From assembly GCA_965221695.1 (NCBI GenBank), contig OZ244905.1, forward strand, positions 3,072,001 through 3,136,000: 64,000 nt of DNA, in the 5' to 3' direction. The notes below the pieces were generated by a model. That model was not told where the DNA came from and made no database searches. It was given only the letters and a program-made list of their open reading frames with translations. Source of the DNA: Gammaproteobacteria bacterium (GTDB lineage Bacteria; Pseudomonadota; Gammaproteobacteria; Eutrophobiales; Eutrophobiaceae). Position numbers and translations under genes: made by a program. Below are positions 1 to 13,256 of this stretch, in pieces; the stretch's first letter is position 1; each line of letters starts with the position of its first letter.

Positions 1-1671
1 TTGGTCAGCGCCGCCAGGCACGCCGAATTGCGCACGACCAATACCCTGGCGGCGTTGGAGAGCTTGCGCAAACTGAATTTTATAGGACGCGAAGAAGAAC
101 TGGAAATCAGAGAGGCCTACCTGTTCCTGCGGCGTCTTGAGAATCGCCTGCAGATGGTGGATGAAAAACAGACACACGCGCTGCCGGATGAGGTTGCAAG
201 CAGGATCAGAGTGGCGCGCTCCCTGAAAATGGAAGGCCGGACCGACCAGGAGGTTCTGGCGAGTTTCGAGCAGCGCCTTGCCGCACACCGCAAAATTGCC
301 GAGAAATTTTTTGAAAAAATCCTGCCGGAGGCGGAAACAGACCAAGAGCAAGCGGGCAGGGCGTCCCAGGTCAGCTACGCCGGCGCCTGGAACAAGGTGC
401 AGGCGGAAGTCAGCCTGACCCGATGGATTGAATTGTGTGAGCGGGAACAATGGGGCGATAAACCGGCGGATAAGGCGCTGCTGGTCAACATTTTCGGCGC
501 CAGTTGGTATTTCACCCGGTACATTTTCTTTCGCGGCATCGAAATTGCCGATTTAATCGATCATTACCAGGACAAACCGATCACCCCCGACGAGATAATG
601 CGCACCTTCCAGGTTGGCGCGTTCAAGCTGGATCTGGAGCACGAGTTAAATGTATTGTCATCGATCAAAAACCAGTGGATGTTGTTGTTTCTGATCCGTT
701 TTCTGCAGGGAGACATGGCGCTTGCAGAAGTGGAAAAAAACCTTACCCTGCTGGCTGAATGTGTTTTCCAGGCCATGGTCAGGCAAATGTCCCGGGCCAA
801 CAGTAAACTGTTCGACAATGTGGCCGTGCTGGGCATGGGCAGGATGGCCGGCTATGAGATGATCTTCGGTTCCGACCTTGACCTGATATTTCTGTATCGG
901 CCGGAATCTGCGGGAGACTCCAGCCAGGTCGCGCGCGAACTCCAGACTATGATTCGCCACCTGGCCCGAATATCGCCGTCCGGCCTGCTCTACGAAGTGG
1001 ACATGCGTCTGCGTCCCCACGGCACATCAGGCTCGCTGATCACACAGGTGGATTCGTTCATCGATTATCATCGTTCCGACCGGGCTGTCTGGGAACGCCA
1101 GATGATGACTCGCTGCCGGCCCATCTATGACCCGCACGACATGGGATTGGATGCGTTGCAAGCGATCTCCGCGTCCATCTACGGCGACTACGACGCTGAA
1201 ATATTGCGGGACGAGATCGTGAAAATGCGCGAACTGATAGAGGAGACCCTGGGCAGCCCGCGTAACAAGCATGAGCTTAAGCGGGGCAGGGGCGGGATCA
1301 TGGATATTGATTTCATCACACATTTTTTGCAACTTCTCCACGGCAAAAACCATGTGGAATTACAGACTACCAGCGCCAGGTCCGCATTAAAAAGCCTGTC
1401 CAAATTGAACTATATTACCGCTGAGCGAGCGCAATTTTTGCTGAAAGCCTATGATTTTCTGAAGCAGGCGGAAATCTGCATGCGCCTGATAGATCTGAAG
1501 CCCAGCAGCACGATACCCGCCGACCCTGAACAGAACGCGGTTTTGTCCAGGGGTATGGGCTTCGCGGAAGGCCAGACCGAGGAGTTCATGGCGGAATTTC
1601 TTGAGATCAGGGAAAACGTCAGAGACACATTTATTGAGATCGTCGGGGCGCCGGATACAGTAGCCAATTGA
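1..1671 (+). CDS. glnE: Bifunctional glutamine synthetase adenylyltransferase/deadenylase, C-terminal part (5' end outside window)
   Basis: AYLFLRRLENRLQM..QTHALP, GMGRMAGYEMIFGSDLDLIF, YEVDMRLRPHGTSG and LKRGRGGIMDIDF motifs; the frame is open from the window edge. Confidence 0.93.
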   Translation: MVSAARHAELRTTNTLAALESLRKLNFIGREEELEIREAYLFLRRLENRLQMVDEKQTHALPDEVASRIRVARSLKMEGRTDQEVLASFEQRLAAHRKIAEKFFEKILPEAETDQEQAGRASQVSYAGAWNKVQAEVSLTRWIELCEREQWGDKPADKALLVNIFGASWYFTRYIFFRGIEIADLIDHYQDKPITPDEIMRTFQVGAFKLDLEHELNVLSSIKNQWMLLFLIRFLQGDMALAEVEKNLTLLAECVFQAMVRQMSRANSKLFDNVAVLGMGRMAGYEMIFGSDLDLIFLYRPESAGDSSQVARELQTMIRHLARISPSGLLYEVDMRLRPHGTSGSLITQVDSFIDYHRSDRAVWERQMMTRCRPIYDPHDMGLDALQAISASIYGDYDAEILRDEIVKMRELIEETLGSPRNKHELKRGRGGIMDIDFITHFLQLLHGKNHVELQTTSARSALKSLSKLNYITAERAQFLLKAYDFLKQAEICMRLIDLKPSSTIPADPEQNAVLSRGMGFAEGQTEEFMAEFLEIRENVRDTFIEIVGAPDTVAN

Positions 1672-1888
1672 TAGCGCGCCAGGATAGGCGGTAAAACAAA
1701 AGTATGTGTTTGCCTTCGATAAAACATGGCGCCAGGATCACTGGTAGAGTAGTACCATATCCACCGATAACAAGGTATACTGCCGTAAAATGGCTCTGGC
1801 ATGTGCCAATAGTTCCATGCAATCGTGGTGAGCAGTTCACTGATCATGGCGGGGTGTGTATCCGGCATGCCGGTATATAAACAATCTT

Positions 1889-6461
<4,573 letters not shown>

Positions 6462-6469
<8 letters not shown>

Positions 6470-7910
6470 GGTTACCGGTTTTATCGAGTTTGAACGGGAG
6501 AAACAACCGTATCGTCCCGTTCCGGAAAGGCTGGGCGACTGGCGCCAGGTCATGGCGCCGTGGCCGGTCGAACCGCTGAAGACCCAGGCATCCCGCTGTA
6601 TGGACTGCGGTATTCCGTTTTGCCACCAGGGCTGCCCGCTGGGCAACCTGATCCCGGACTGGAACGACCTGGTTTACCGGGACCAGTGGCTGGAGGCGAT
6701 TCACCGCCTGCATGCCACCAATAATTTCCCGGAATTTACCGGCACCCTGTGCCCGGCGCCCTGTGAAGGGTCATGCGTGCTGGGGATCAACGACGACCCC
6801 GTAACCATCAAGGCGGTGGAACTCTCCATCATTGACAAGGCTTGGGAGAACGGCTGGATCAAGCCGGAACCGGCATCGGTAAAAACCGGCAAGCAAGTGG
6901 CCGTGATCGGTTCCGGGCCGGCGGGCTTGGCCGCAGCCCAGCAACTGGCGCGGGCAGGCCATGCGGTGACGGTGTTTGAGCGGGACGACCGTATCGGCGG
7001 CCTGTTGCGCTACGGCATCCCGGAATTCAAGATGGAGAAGCGTGTCCTGGATCGGCGTCTTGAGCAGATGGAACGCGAAGGCGCAGTGTTCCGGCCGGGC
7101 TGCAATGTCGGCGTTGATATCGACCCGCGCGACCTGTGCGAGGAATACGACGCTGTGCTGCTGGCCGGCGGCGCCACCCATTCCCGTGATTTGCCGGTCC
7201 CCGGTCGGGAACTGGACGGCATCCACCTTGCAATGAACTACCTGCCCCTGCAGAACAGGCGTTGTGAAGGTGACGACATCGCCGACGAGCAGTTCATCAG
7301 CGCCCGGGGTAAACATGTGATCATTATCGGCGGCGGCGATACCGGCGCTGACTGCCTGGGCACCGCCAACCGCCAGGGCGCAAAATCCATACACCAGTTG
7401 GAGATCATGCCAAAGCCCCCGAACAGCCGCGCGCCGGACAACCCGTGGCCGGAATGGCCTCGCATCTACCGGGTCGCATCGGCCCATGAGGAAGGCGTGG
7501 AGCGGGTTTACGCGGTATCGACGCGGCGCTTTATCGATGATGGCAACGGCCATGTCAAGGGCTTGGAGCTGGTCGAAGTGGAGATGAAACAGGAGGACGG
7601 CCGGTTACGCTTTGAGGAGATACCGGGGACGGATAGCGTGCTTCCCTGCGACCTGGCCTTGCTCGCAATGGGCTTTTTGGGACCGGAAAAAGAAGGAATG
7701 CTGGAGCAGTTGGGCGTCGAACTGACGGAAAGGGGCAATGTGAAAAGAGACCGGAACTGGATGACCAGTGTAGACGGCGTATTCACTGCCGGGGATATGC
7801 AGAGGGGCCAATCCCTGATCGTCTGGGCCATTGCCGAAGGCCGCTCCGCCGCCCGCGCTATCGATCAGTTCCTCATGGGAGCGTCTGATCTGCCGGCGCC
7901 GCTCACATAA
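6462..7910 (+). CDS. gltD: Glutamate synthase small subunit
   Basis: MGKVTGF start overlapping the gltB stop; [10 protein letters not shown] and CPAPCEGSC clusters; GSGPAG and GGGDTGADC nucleotide-binding motifs. Confidence 0.97.
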
Positions 7911-7960
7911 GACCTGAGTTGGTTCTCGCCATCCTCTGGTAAACAATACGGCAGCCCGCC

Positions 7961-8878
7961 ATGTCCGATCCCTTCGACAGCATGGTCTACATTCACAGCC
8001 AGGTCCCGGAGCGAGCGATGACGGCGGATATTCTCGGCACGGAACGCAACGGTCATGGTGTCCGTATCAGAGAAGATGGACTGATTGCAACCGTGGGCTA
8101 TCTGGCGCTGGAGGCCGAACACATCTGGATCAGAACCAGGGAAGGGCGGGGCGCGTCTGCTTATATCATTGCCCAGGATTATGATTCCGGCATTACCTTG
8201 CTGAAACCGACGCTTGCCCTGGAAGGCAGTCACCTTATCCCGAGGCTAAGCAGTGAATTATCCCAGGATGAACCCTTGTTCATCTACCGCAGTGAGCATG
8301 ATGAGGCATACAGGTGCGCGCTTTTTTCCAGGCAAGAGTTTGCCGGCCGTTGGGAATATTTGTTGGACTATGCCCTGTTTACCTCGCCCGGCTGCAATGA
8401 CTGGGCCGGCGCGGCCCTGGTAGACCAATACGGACAGCTTTGCGGCATTGGCTCGTTATTGCTGGAACTCCACCATGATGACGATGAAGAGCTGCTGGGC
8501 AACATGTTCATACCCATCGATCTGGTGTCGCCTCACCTGGATGAAATGTGCGAATTCGGCCAACGCCGCGGACCGCCAAAACCCTGGATGGGCGTCCTGA
8601 TCCAGGAATATGAGGGCAAACTGGTGGTTACGGGCGTGTACTCGGGGTGTCCCGCTGATCTTGCCGGGATCAAACCGGGCGATGTGGTCTTGTCGGTAGA
8701 CGATGAACCGGTAAATAATCTTTCCGACATCTTCCGTAAAGTGTGGAGTCTGGGCAGCGCCGGCGTCGAAGTGCCTTTGCTTGTGTCTTCATCGGGAAGC
8801 CTGCGCAACTGCCTGCTTAAATCAACCGACCGCTCCGTCTTCTACCGGTCGGTCGCCGCCGCAGGACAGGTCAACTGA
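7961..8878 (+). CDS. S1C/trypsin-like-fold protein with C-terminal PDZ domain, probably catalytically inactive
   Basis: ERNGHGVRIREDGLIATVGYL, DYDSGITLLK, GAALVDQYGQLCGIGS; PDZ-like PWMGV..PADLAGIKPGDVV. Confidence 0.75.
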   Translation: MSDPFDSMVYIHSQVPERAMTADILGTERNGHGVRIREDGLIATVGYLALEAEHIWIRTREGRGASAYIIAQDYDSGITLLKPTLALEGSHLIPRLSSELSQDEPLFIYRSEHDEAYRCALFSRQEFAGRWEYLLDYALFTSPGCNDWAGAALVDQYGQLCGIGSLLLELHHDDDEELLGNMFIPIDLVSPHLDEMCEFGQRRGPPKPWMGVLIQEYEGKLVVTGVYSGCPADLAGIKPGDVVLSVDDEPVNNLSDIFRKVWSLGSAGVEVPLLVSSSGSLRNCLLKSTDRSVFYRSVAAAGQVN

Positions 8879-9039
8879 CCCTGGTACCGTAGATGCTCCA
8901 TGCTCTGCGACCTGCGCACTGTCTTGACGTCGCCGTGTCGTTTTGAGCATATCAAAATTAACTGGAAAGATTACTGGTATATGCTTGTTCAATCTGATAT
9001 ACTGTTCAAGCACAATCCAAACAAAGTGAGAAGCAAGAC

Positions 9040-9243
9040 ATGCGATATCTTACGTTAGCATTTTTTCTGACGCTGATTATGGGGTTTGCGGGATGCGCTG
9101 ACTCAGGTAACGGTGGCGATGCCGACGCTGGCAACGGCGCCATGGAGGAGATGGGGGCTGAAGAATCTGCTGCCATGGATGAAGGATCAGACGATACGCC
9201 GGCTTGGCAGGTTCTGGAGCAGAACGTAGTACATTCCGAATAA
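9040..9243 (+). CDS. Small acidic lipoprotein, unknown function
   Basis: Basic N-terminus, hydrophobic stretch, lipobox FAGC, then acidic low-complexity tail. Confidence 0.65.
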   Translation: MRYLTLAFFLTLIMGFAGCADSGNGGDADAGNGAMEEMGAEESAAMDEGSDDTPAWQVLEQNVVHSE

Positions 9244-9255
9244 TTTTGGTCAGAC

Positions 9256-9287
9256 GCGGGAGGGAGGTTACCTGCCTCCCTTTCCGC
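9256..9287 (+). terminator. GC-rich hairpin after the lipoprotein gene (putative terminator)
   Basis: GCGGGAGGGAGG-TTACCTG-CCTCCCTTTCCGC just after the stop; U-tail is weak. Confidence 0.4.
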
Positions 9288-9324
9288 ACTAATTTCCTTG
9301 GAATCGGCATTACTGGTTTAAGTC

Positions 9325-10137
9325 GTGATGCTGCCGGCTCGCGTCAGCGCTCCGATTCGTTATACGGTTGATACCGGGGTAAAACCCGTCAGCCTGTCAC
9401 GCACCCTGGGCGGAAGGATCGAACATCTCAACTGTACCTTTGTCGACCACACGGTCTCGATTCGCAATGGCCGTAACAAAACCGGGGGGTTCATTTTTGA
9501 TCGGCACGGTTTCGTGTTGGTGGACCATGTTACCCGGGTGAAGGATTTTTATCACAGGGAAGAAGTGGAACAGGTCTACTATCCCGAAGCCGCAGCGCTG
9601 ATCAAACAGGTAACCGGCGCCGGCAGGGTGCATGTTTTCGACCATACGGTGCGCTCCGGCGACACGGCAATGCAAGAGGCAGGTCTGCGCGAACCGTTGA
9701 AACAGGCACATAACGACTATACCGACCGTTCCGGACCGCAACGGGTGCGCGACCTGTTGCCGGAGGAGGCGGAACAACTGTTACGCGACAGGTTCATGAT
9801 CGTGCAGGTCTGGCGTCCCATTGCAGAACGGGCGCTCAGCGAACCGCTGGCTATCTGTGATGCCGGAAGCGTCGCCGATGAGGACTTGATCGCAACTGAA
9901 CGCCGGCATCCGAACCGCGTGGGCGAGACCTATACGCTCTCGTATAACCCTTCCCATCGCTGGTACTATTTTCCGGAGATGCGGCGCAACGAGGCAATCG
10001 TGTTCAAGGTCTATGACTCCGCAGTCGACGGCCGCGCCCGTTTCACCTGCCACGGGTCGTTCAATGACCCCCATACCCCCACCGGCGCCCCGCCGCGTGA
10101 GAGCATAGAACTCAGGGCGTTGGTATTTTTGTTATAG
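9325..10137 (+). CDS. CmcJ/NvfI/AsaB-like oxidoreductase (often annotated as methyltransferase)
   Basis: VYYPE, VFDHTVR, AHNDYT, VQVWRPI, PLAICDA, HRWYYFPEM, FTCHGSF, PRESIELRAL. Confidence 0.8.
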   Translation: MMLPARVSAPIRYTVDTGVKPVSLSRTLGGRIEHLNCTFVDHTVSIRNGRNKTGGFIFDRHGFVLVDHVTRVKDFYHREEVEQVYYPEAAALIKQVTGAGRVHVFDHTVRSGDTAMQEAGLREPLKQAHNDYTDRSGPQRVRDLLPEEAEQLLRDRFMIVQVWRPIAERALSEPLAICDAGSVADEDLIATERRHPNRVGETYTLSYNPSHRWYYFPEMRRNEAIVFKVYDSAVDGRARFTCHGSFNDPHTPTGAPPRESIELRALVFLL

Positions 10138-10431
10138 CGTAGCCACCAAAGTGGCGTCGTAATATTTCACCTGGGGAGGCTCGGCGAAACATTCAAAAAA
10201 GCCGGGCACGGTCGCTTGCATGAAATCACCGTTGAAATGCGCGTCATGAGTCTCTTGCGTTTCCCATTCCTCGAACAGAAAAAACCGCAACGAGTCAGCC
10301 GGGTCGGGATAAAAAGTATAGCGCACTATGCCCGCTTCGCTCCGTCCCACTTCGACTATTTGCGCCATAATGGACTTTGCCTGCTCCAGGCGCTCCGGTT
10401 TGATAAGAAAGTTTCCTGTTACCAGATACAT
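10132..10431 (-). CDS. Putative quinol monooxygenase / ABM-domain protein
   Basis: 99 aa; RSEAGIVRY, FFLFEEWET..HDAHF pattern of the ABM family. Confidence 0.8.
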   Translation of the reverse strand: MYLVTGNFLIKPERLEQAKSIMAQIVEVGRSEAGIVRYTFYPDPADSLRFFLFEEWETQETHDAHFNGDFMQATVPGFFECFAEPPQVKYYDATLVATL

Positions 10432-10535
10432 GTTTTAAACCTCCGCTTGAGTCTAATACACTGTAAATTATACTAACAAAACCTTATGATCAGGTTTCTA
10501 TATAAGCATGTAACTGTTGGCGTCGGCGTCTCGCG

Positions 10536-10559
10536 CCACTCCCGTAATTGTGGGAGTGG
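10536..10559. repeat. Short palindrome CCACTCCC-N8-GGGAGTGG (dRS3/REP-like)
   Basis: Perfect 8-bp stem with 8-nt loop; resembles the units at 30414-30501. Confidence 0.45.
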
Positions 10560-10618
10560 TTCGGTGGCTTGTTATTTAGCAAAACTTACACAGCAACAAA
10601 AAAAGGACAAATAAATTA

Positions 10619-10770
10619 GGGAAACTCTGAACAAGTCCATCCTGGACTTGTCAGAGTACGGAAAACAAAAATGCGATTTTTGTTTTCCTCACAATATCAA
10701 TGCCTTACAGTCATTGATATTGCCGATACATCCTTGTATCGTAGGAACCTCTGACTTTATCAGAGGTTCC
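10619..10770 (+). mobile_element. 152-bp five-hairpin MITE-like element, copy A
   Basis: Ends GGGAAACTCTGA...TCAGAGGTTCC, flanked by TTA/TTA; near-identical to 13075-13226 and 57573-57724. Confidence 0.9.
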
Positions 10771-10775
10771 TTAAA

Positions 10776-12293
10776 ATGAATATTGCCATTATCGGCGCCG
10801 GCATCAGCGGTGTTGCAGCAGCCAGTATCCTGAACAAGGCCGGCCACACAACCACATTGTTTGAAAAACACGACCGACCCGGGGGTGTCTGGGCGGTGAG
10901 TTATCCTGGAGTTACTCTGCAGAATACCGCGCGCCAGTATGGCCTGACGGAATTTCCCTGGCCCTTCAAGCCTTCGCTCCATCCCACCGGCGATGAGATA
11001 ATGCGCTACCTGGAACTGGCCATCGAAGGTCTGGGTCTGGATGTGCGCCGGCGCACCGAGGTTGTCGGCATGATTGAAAACGCCGACGGCTGGACAATGC
11101 AGTACCGGGACGAAACCGGCTTGCACGAGGGCCGCTTCGACTATGTATTATCAGCCATAGGCCAGTACACCGAGGGCAAACACAAACCGGTGTTTCCGGG
11201 ACAGGAGACATTCAAGGGCGGGATCATCACGGAACGGGATATCGACACGCCGGAGTTGTTCAAGGGCAAACGCGTTACCGTAGTGGGTTTCGGCAAATCC
11301 GCGGTCGATATTGCCGTTATGGCGGCGGCTGAGGCCAGCCAGGTCAGCCATGTATTCCGGACCCCGCGTTGGTTGATCCCGTTCACGCTGTTCGGCGTCC
11401 ATTACAGCAACCTGCTGTTCAGCCGCTTGACCACTTTTTTCATACCCTGCTGGGCATATCCTTCCCGGTTCGAGCGCTTTGTTCACGACCGATTAGGTTT
11501 ACTGGTTGACGCATTCTGGTATTTCATTTCAAGCCAGGTCGTATTCCTTTGCAAGTTGCGCGGCATGTTCAAGGGACGGGCCGCCAACAGCAGGCTGGAT
11601 ACCCTGCTTCCAAAGCACGAACTGGTCAGAGACCTGCGCTCGGCTACTGCGCTGGCGCCCAGGGATTATTATCGCCTGGTGGCGGATGGGTTGATAGAAC
11701 CTTTCCATGGACAGGTATCACATTTCTCTGAGCAAGCGCTGTGCCTGGAGGACGGGCGCGAGCTCTCCTGTGACGATGTGGTTCTGTGTGTCGGATCGGA
11801 AAAGCCCCGCTTCCCGTTCCTGCCGGAGACATACCGGCGTCTTCTGGAAAGTGAGAATGACGGCATACAGCTTTATCGCCACGTATTGCACCCGGATATC
11901 CCGCGCTTTGCCTGCGTCGGATATAACCACGGCTTTATGCATATTCCGTCAGCCGAGATCGGCACGATCTGGTTGTGCGCTTGTTTGAACGGCGATATCG
12001 AGCTGCCGGCGCGCGCAGAGATGCTCAGGTCTATGGAAACCATTCGGGAGTGGAAGCGCAAGCATATTAACTTTGAGCCTTCGCGTTCCTGCGCGGTGAA
12101 TACCCGGTTTCAGCAATACAACGATATCATGTTGAAGGAACTGGGCATTTCTCCTTACCGAAAAATGCCCAATTTCCTGGCAGAGGCATTTGTGCAATAC
12201 GGGGCGGATGATTACCGCAATATCGTGGATGAATATCTCAACAAGTCACGCTCTCGCAATGTGCCGTTGCCTTCACTGGCGTTGGATACCTGA
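10776..12293 (+). CDS. Flavin-containing monooxygenase (FMO family)
   Basis: IAIIGAGISG FAD motif, GGVW, FPGQETFKGGII, VVGFGKSAVD NADP motif. Confidence 0.88.
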   Translation: MNIAIIGAGISGVAAASILNKAGHTTTLFEKHDRPGGVWAVSYPGVTLQNTARQYGLTEFPWPFKPSLHPTGDEIMRYLELAIEGLGLDVRRRTEVVGMIENADGWTMQYRDETGLHEGRFDYVLSAIGQYTEGKHKPVFPGQETFKGGIITERDIDTPELFKGKRVTVVGFGKSAVDIAVMAAAEASQVSHVFRTPRWLIPFTLFGVHYSNLLFSRLTTFFIPCWAYPSRFERFVHDRLGLLVDAFWYFISSQVVFLCKLRGMFKGRAANSRLDTLLPKHELVRDLRSATALAPRDYYRLVADGLIEPFHGQVSHFSEQALCLEDGRELSCDDVVLCVGSEKPRFPFLPETYRRLLESENDGIQLYRHVLHPDIPRFACVGYNHGFMHIPSAEIGTIWLCACLNGDIELPARAEMLRSMETIREWKRKHINFEPSRSCAVNTRFQQYNDIMLKELGISPYRKMPNFLAEAFVQYGADDYRNIVDEYLNKSRSRNVPLPSLALDT

Positions 12294-12432
12294 ACAAGCA
12301 GATTGAACCTCCGGGATCGCGGGAGTCCCGCCCGCAAGCAGATGGGACGGCCAGCACGCAAGCGCTCATGTAGTCGACGTCTTAAAACAAAGCGGATGTT
12401 ATCCGGTTAGTCGTTACGCCGCGCCGTCTTTC

Positions 12433-12918
12433 CTATTCGCTGAGTTTCTCGAAGGCTTCGCTGTCCTTTAGCGCGGCATTGTCCTTAATATAATCCCAGG
12501 CCAGTTTACCGGCGTCCCGCAAGTTCACATCAGCGCCGGAATCCAGCAAGGTCAGGATGATATCCGGATTATTGCTCTGGTCGGCGGCGGCATGCAACGG
12601 GGTGCTGTGCCGATCATCGCGGGCATTCGGGTCCGCCCCCCCGTCCACCAGCGCAATAATGATGCCGGGATTGTCGTTGGACCAGGCCGCCCAATGCAGC
12701 GGGGTGGCGCCCCACTCCTTATCCCGCGCATCAAGATTAGCCCCAGCATCTACCAGGGCGGTTATTATGTCCGGCTCATCATTAAATGCCGCGGCAAAAT
12801 GCAGTGGGGTAAAACCCCACTCATCTTTGGCGTTGGCATCGACGCCCGTAGCAAGCATTCTTTCAACAATTTTTAACGTGGCCTTCTCAAAAAAAGCCAT
12901 TGTGTTCCAATCTGTCAT
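12433..12918 (-). CDS. Ankyrin repeat protein
   Basis: Three TPLH-AA...LVDAGADxNARD ankyrin repeats. Confidence 0.92.
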   Translation of the reverse strand: MTDWNTMAFFEKATLKIVERMLATGVDANAKDEWGFTPLHFAAAFNDEPDIITALVDAGANLDARDKEWGATPLHWAAWSNDNPGIIIALVDGGADPNARDDRHSTPLHAAADQSNNPDIILTLLDSGADVNLRDAGKLAWDYIKDNAALKDSEAFEKLSE

Positions 12919-12950
12919 TGTAATTTATCCAACCAATATCAAATGCTTTT

Positions 12951-13032
12951 GTAACCTCTGATTAAGTCAGAGCTTCCAACGGTACAGGGATGTGCTCTCA
13001 CAAGTCCCGGATGGACTGAATCATGTCTTCCC
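12951..13032 (-). repeat. Degenerate, internally deleted derivative of the 152-bp element (~82 bp)
   Basis: GTAACCTCTGATTAAGTCAGAGCTTCC + ACGGTACAGGGATGT + CTCTCACAAGTCCCGGATGGACT..CTTCCC aligns to both ends of the element; the central hairpins are missing. Confidence 0.7.
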
Positions 13033-13074
13033 CAATTATAAAATAACAGATCAATATTCCTGTGATCAAACTCA

Positions 13075-13226
13075 GGAACCTCTGATTAAGTCAGAGGTTC
13101 CTACGATACAAGGATGTATCGTCAATATCAATGACTGTAAGGCATTGATATTGTGAGGAAAACAAAAATCGCATTTTTGTTTTCCGTACTCTGACAAGTC
13201 CAGGATGGACTTGTTCAGAGTTTCCC
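13075..13226 (-). mobile_element. 152-bp five-hairpin MITE-like element, copy B
   Basis: Reverse complement of copy A with 2 differences; flanked by TCA/TCA. Confidence 0.9.
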
Positions 13227-13256
13227 TCATAATAACGCGGCAAGAAGCCGGTCCCG

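Noticed and set aside
1672-1888. Possible nitrogen-responsive riboswitch or sigma-54 promoter upstream of gltB
   Set aside because: No convincing GG-N10-GC consensus or known RNA motif seen by eye
10619-10770. The repeat family as a CRISPR array or integron attC sites
   Set aside because: Copies are dispersed rather than regularly spaced with unique spacers; there are no cas or intI genes and no RYYYAAC/GTTRRRY ends
12313-12365. GC-rich GCGGGAGTCCCGCCCGC palindrome between FMO and ankyrin genes
   Set aside because: It could be a decayed REP or bidirectional terminator, but it is a single degenerate copy
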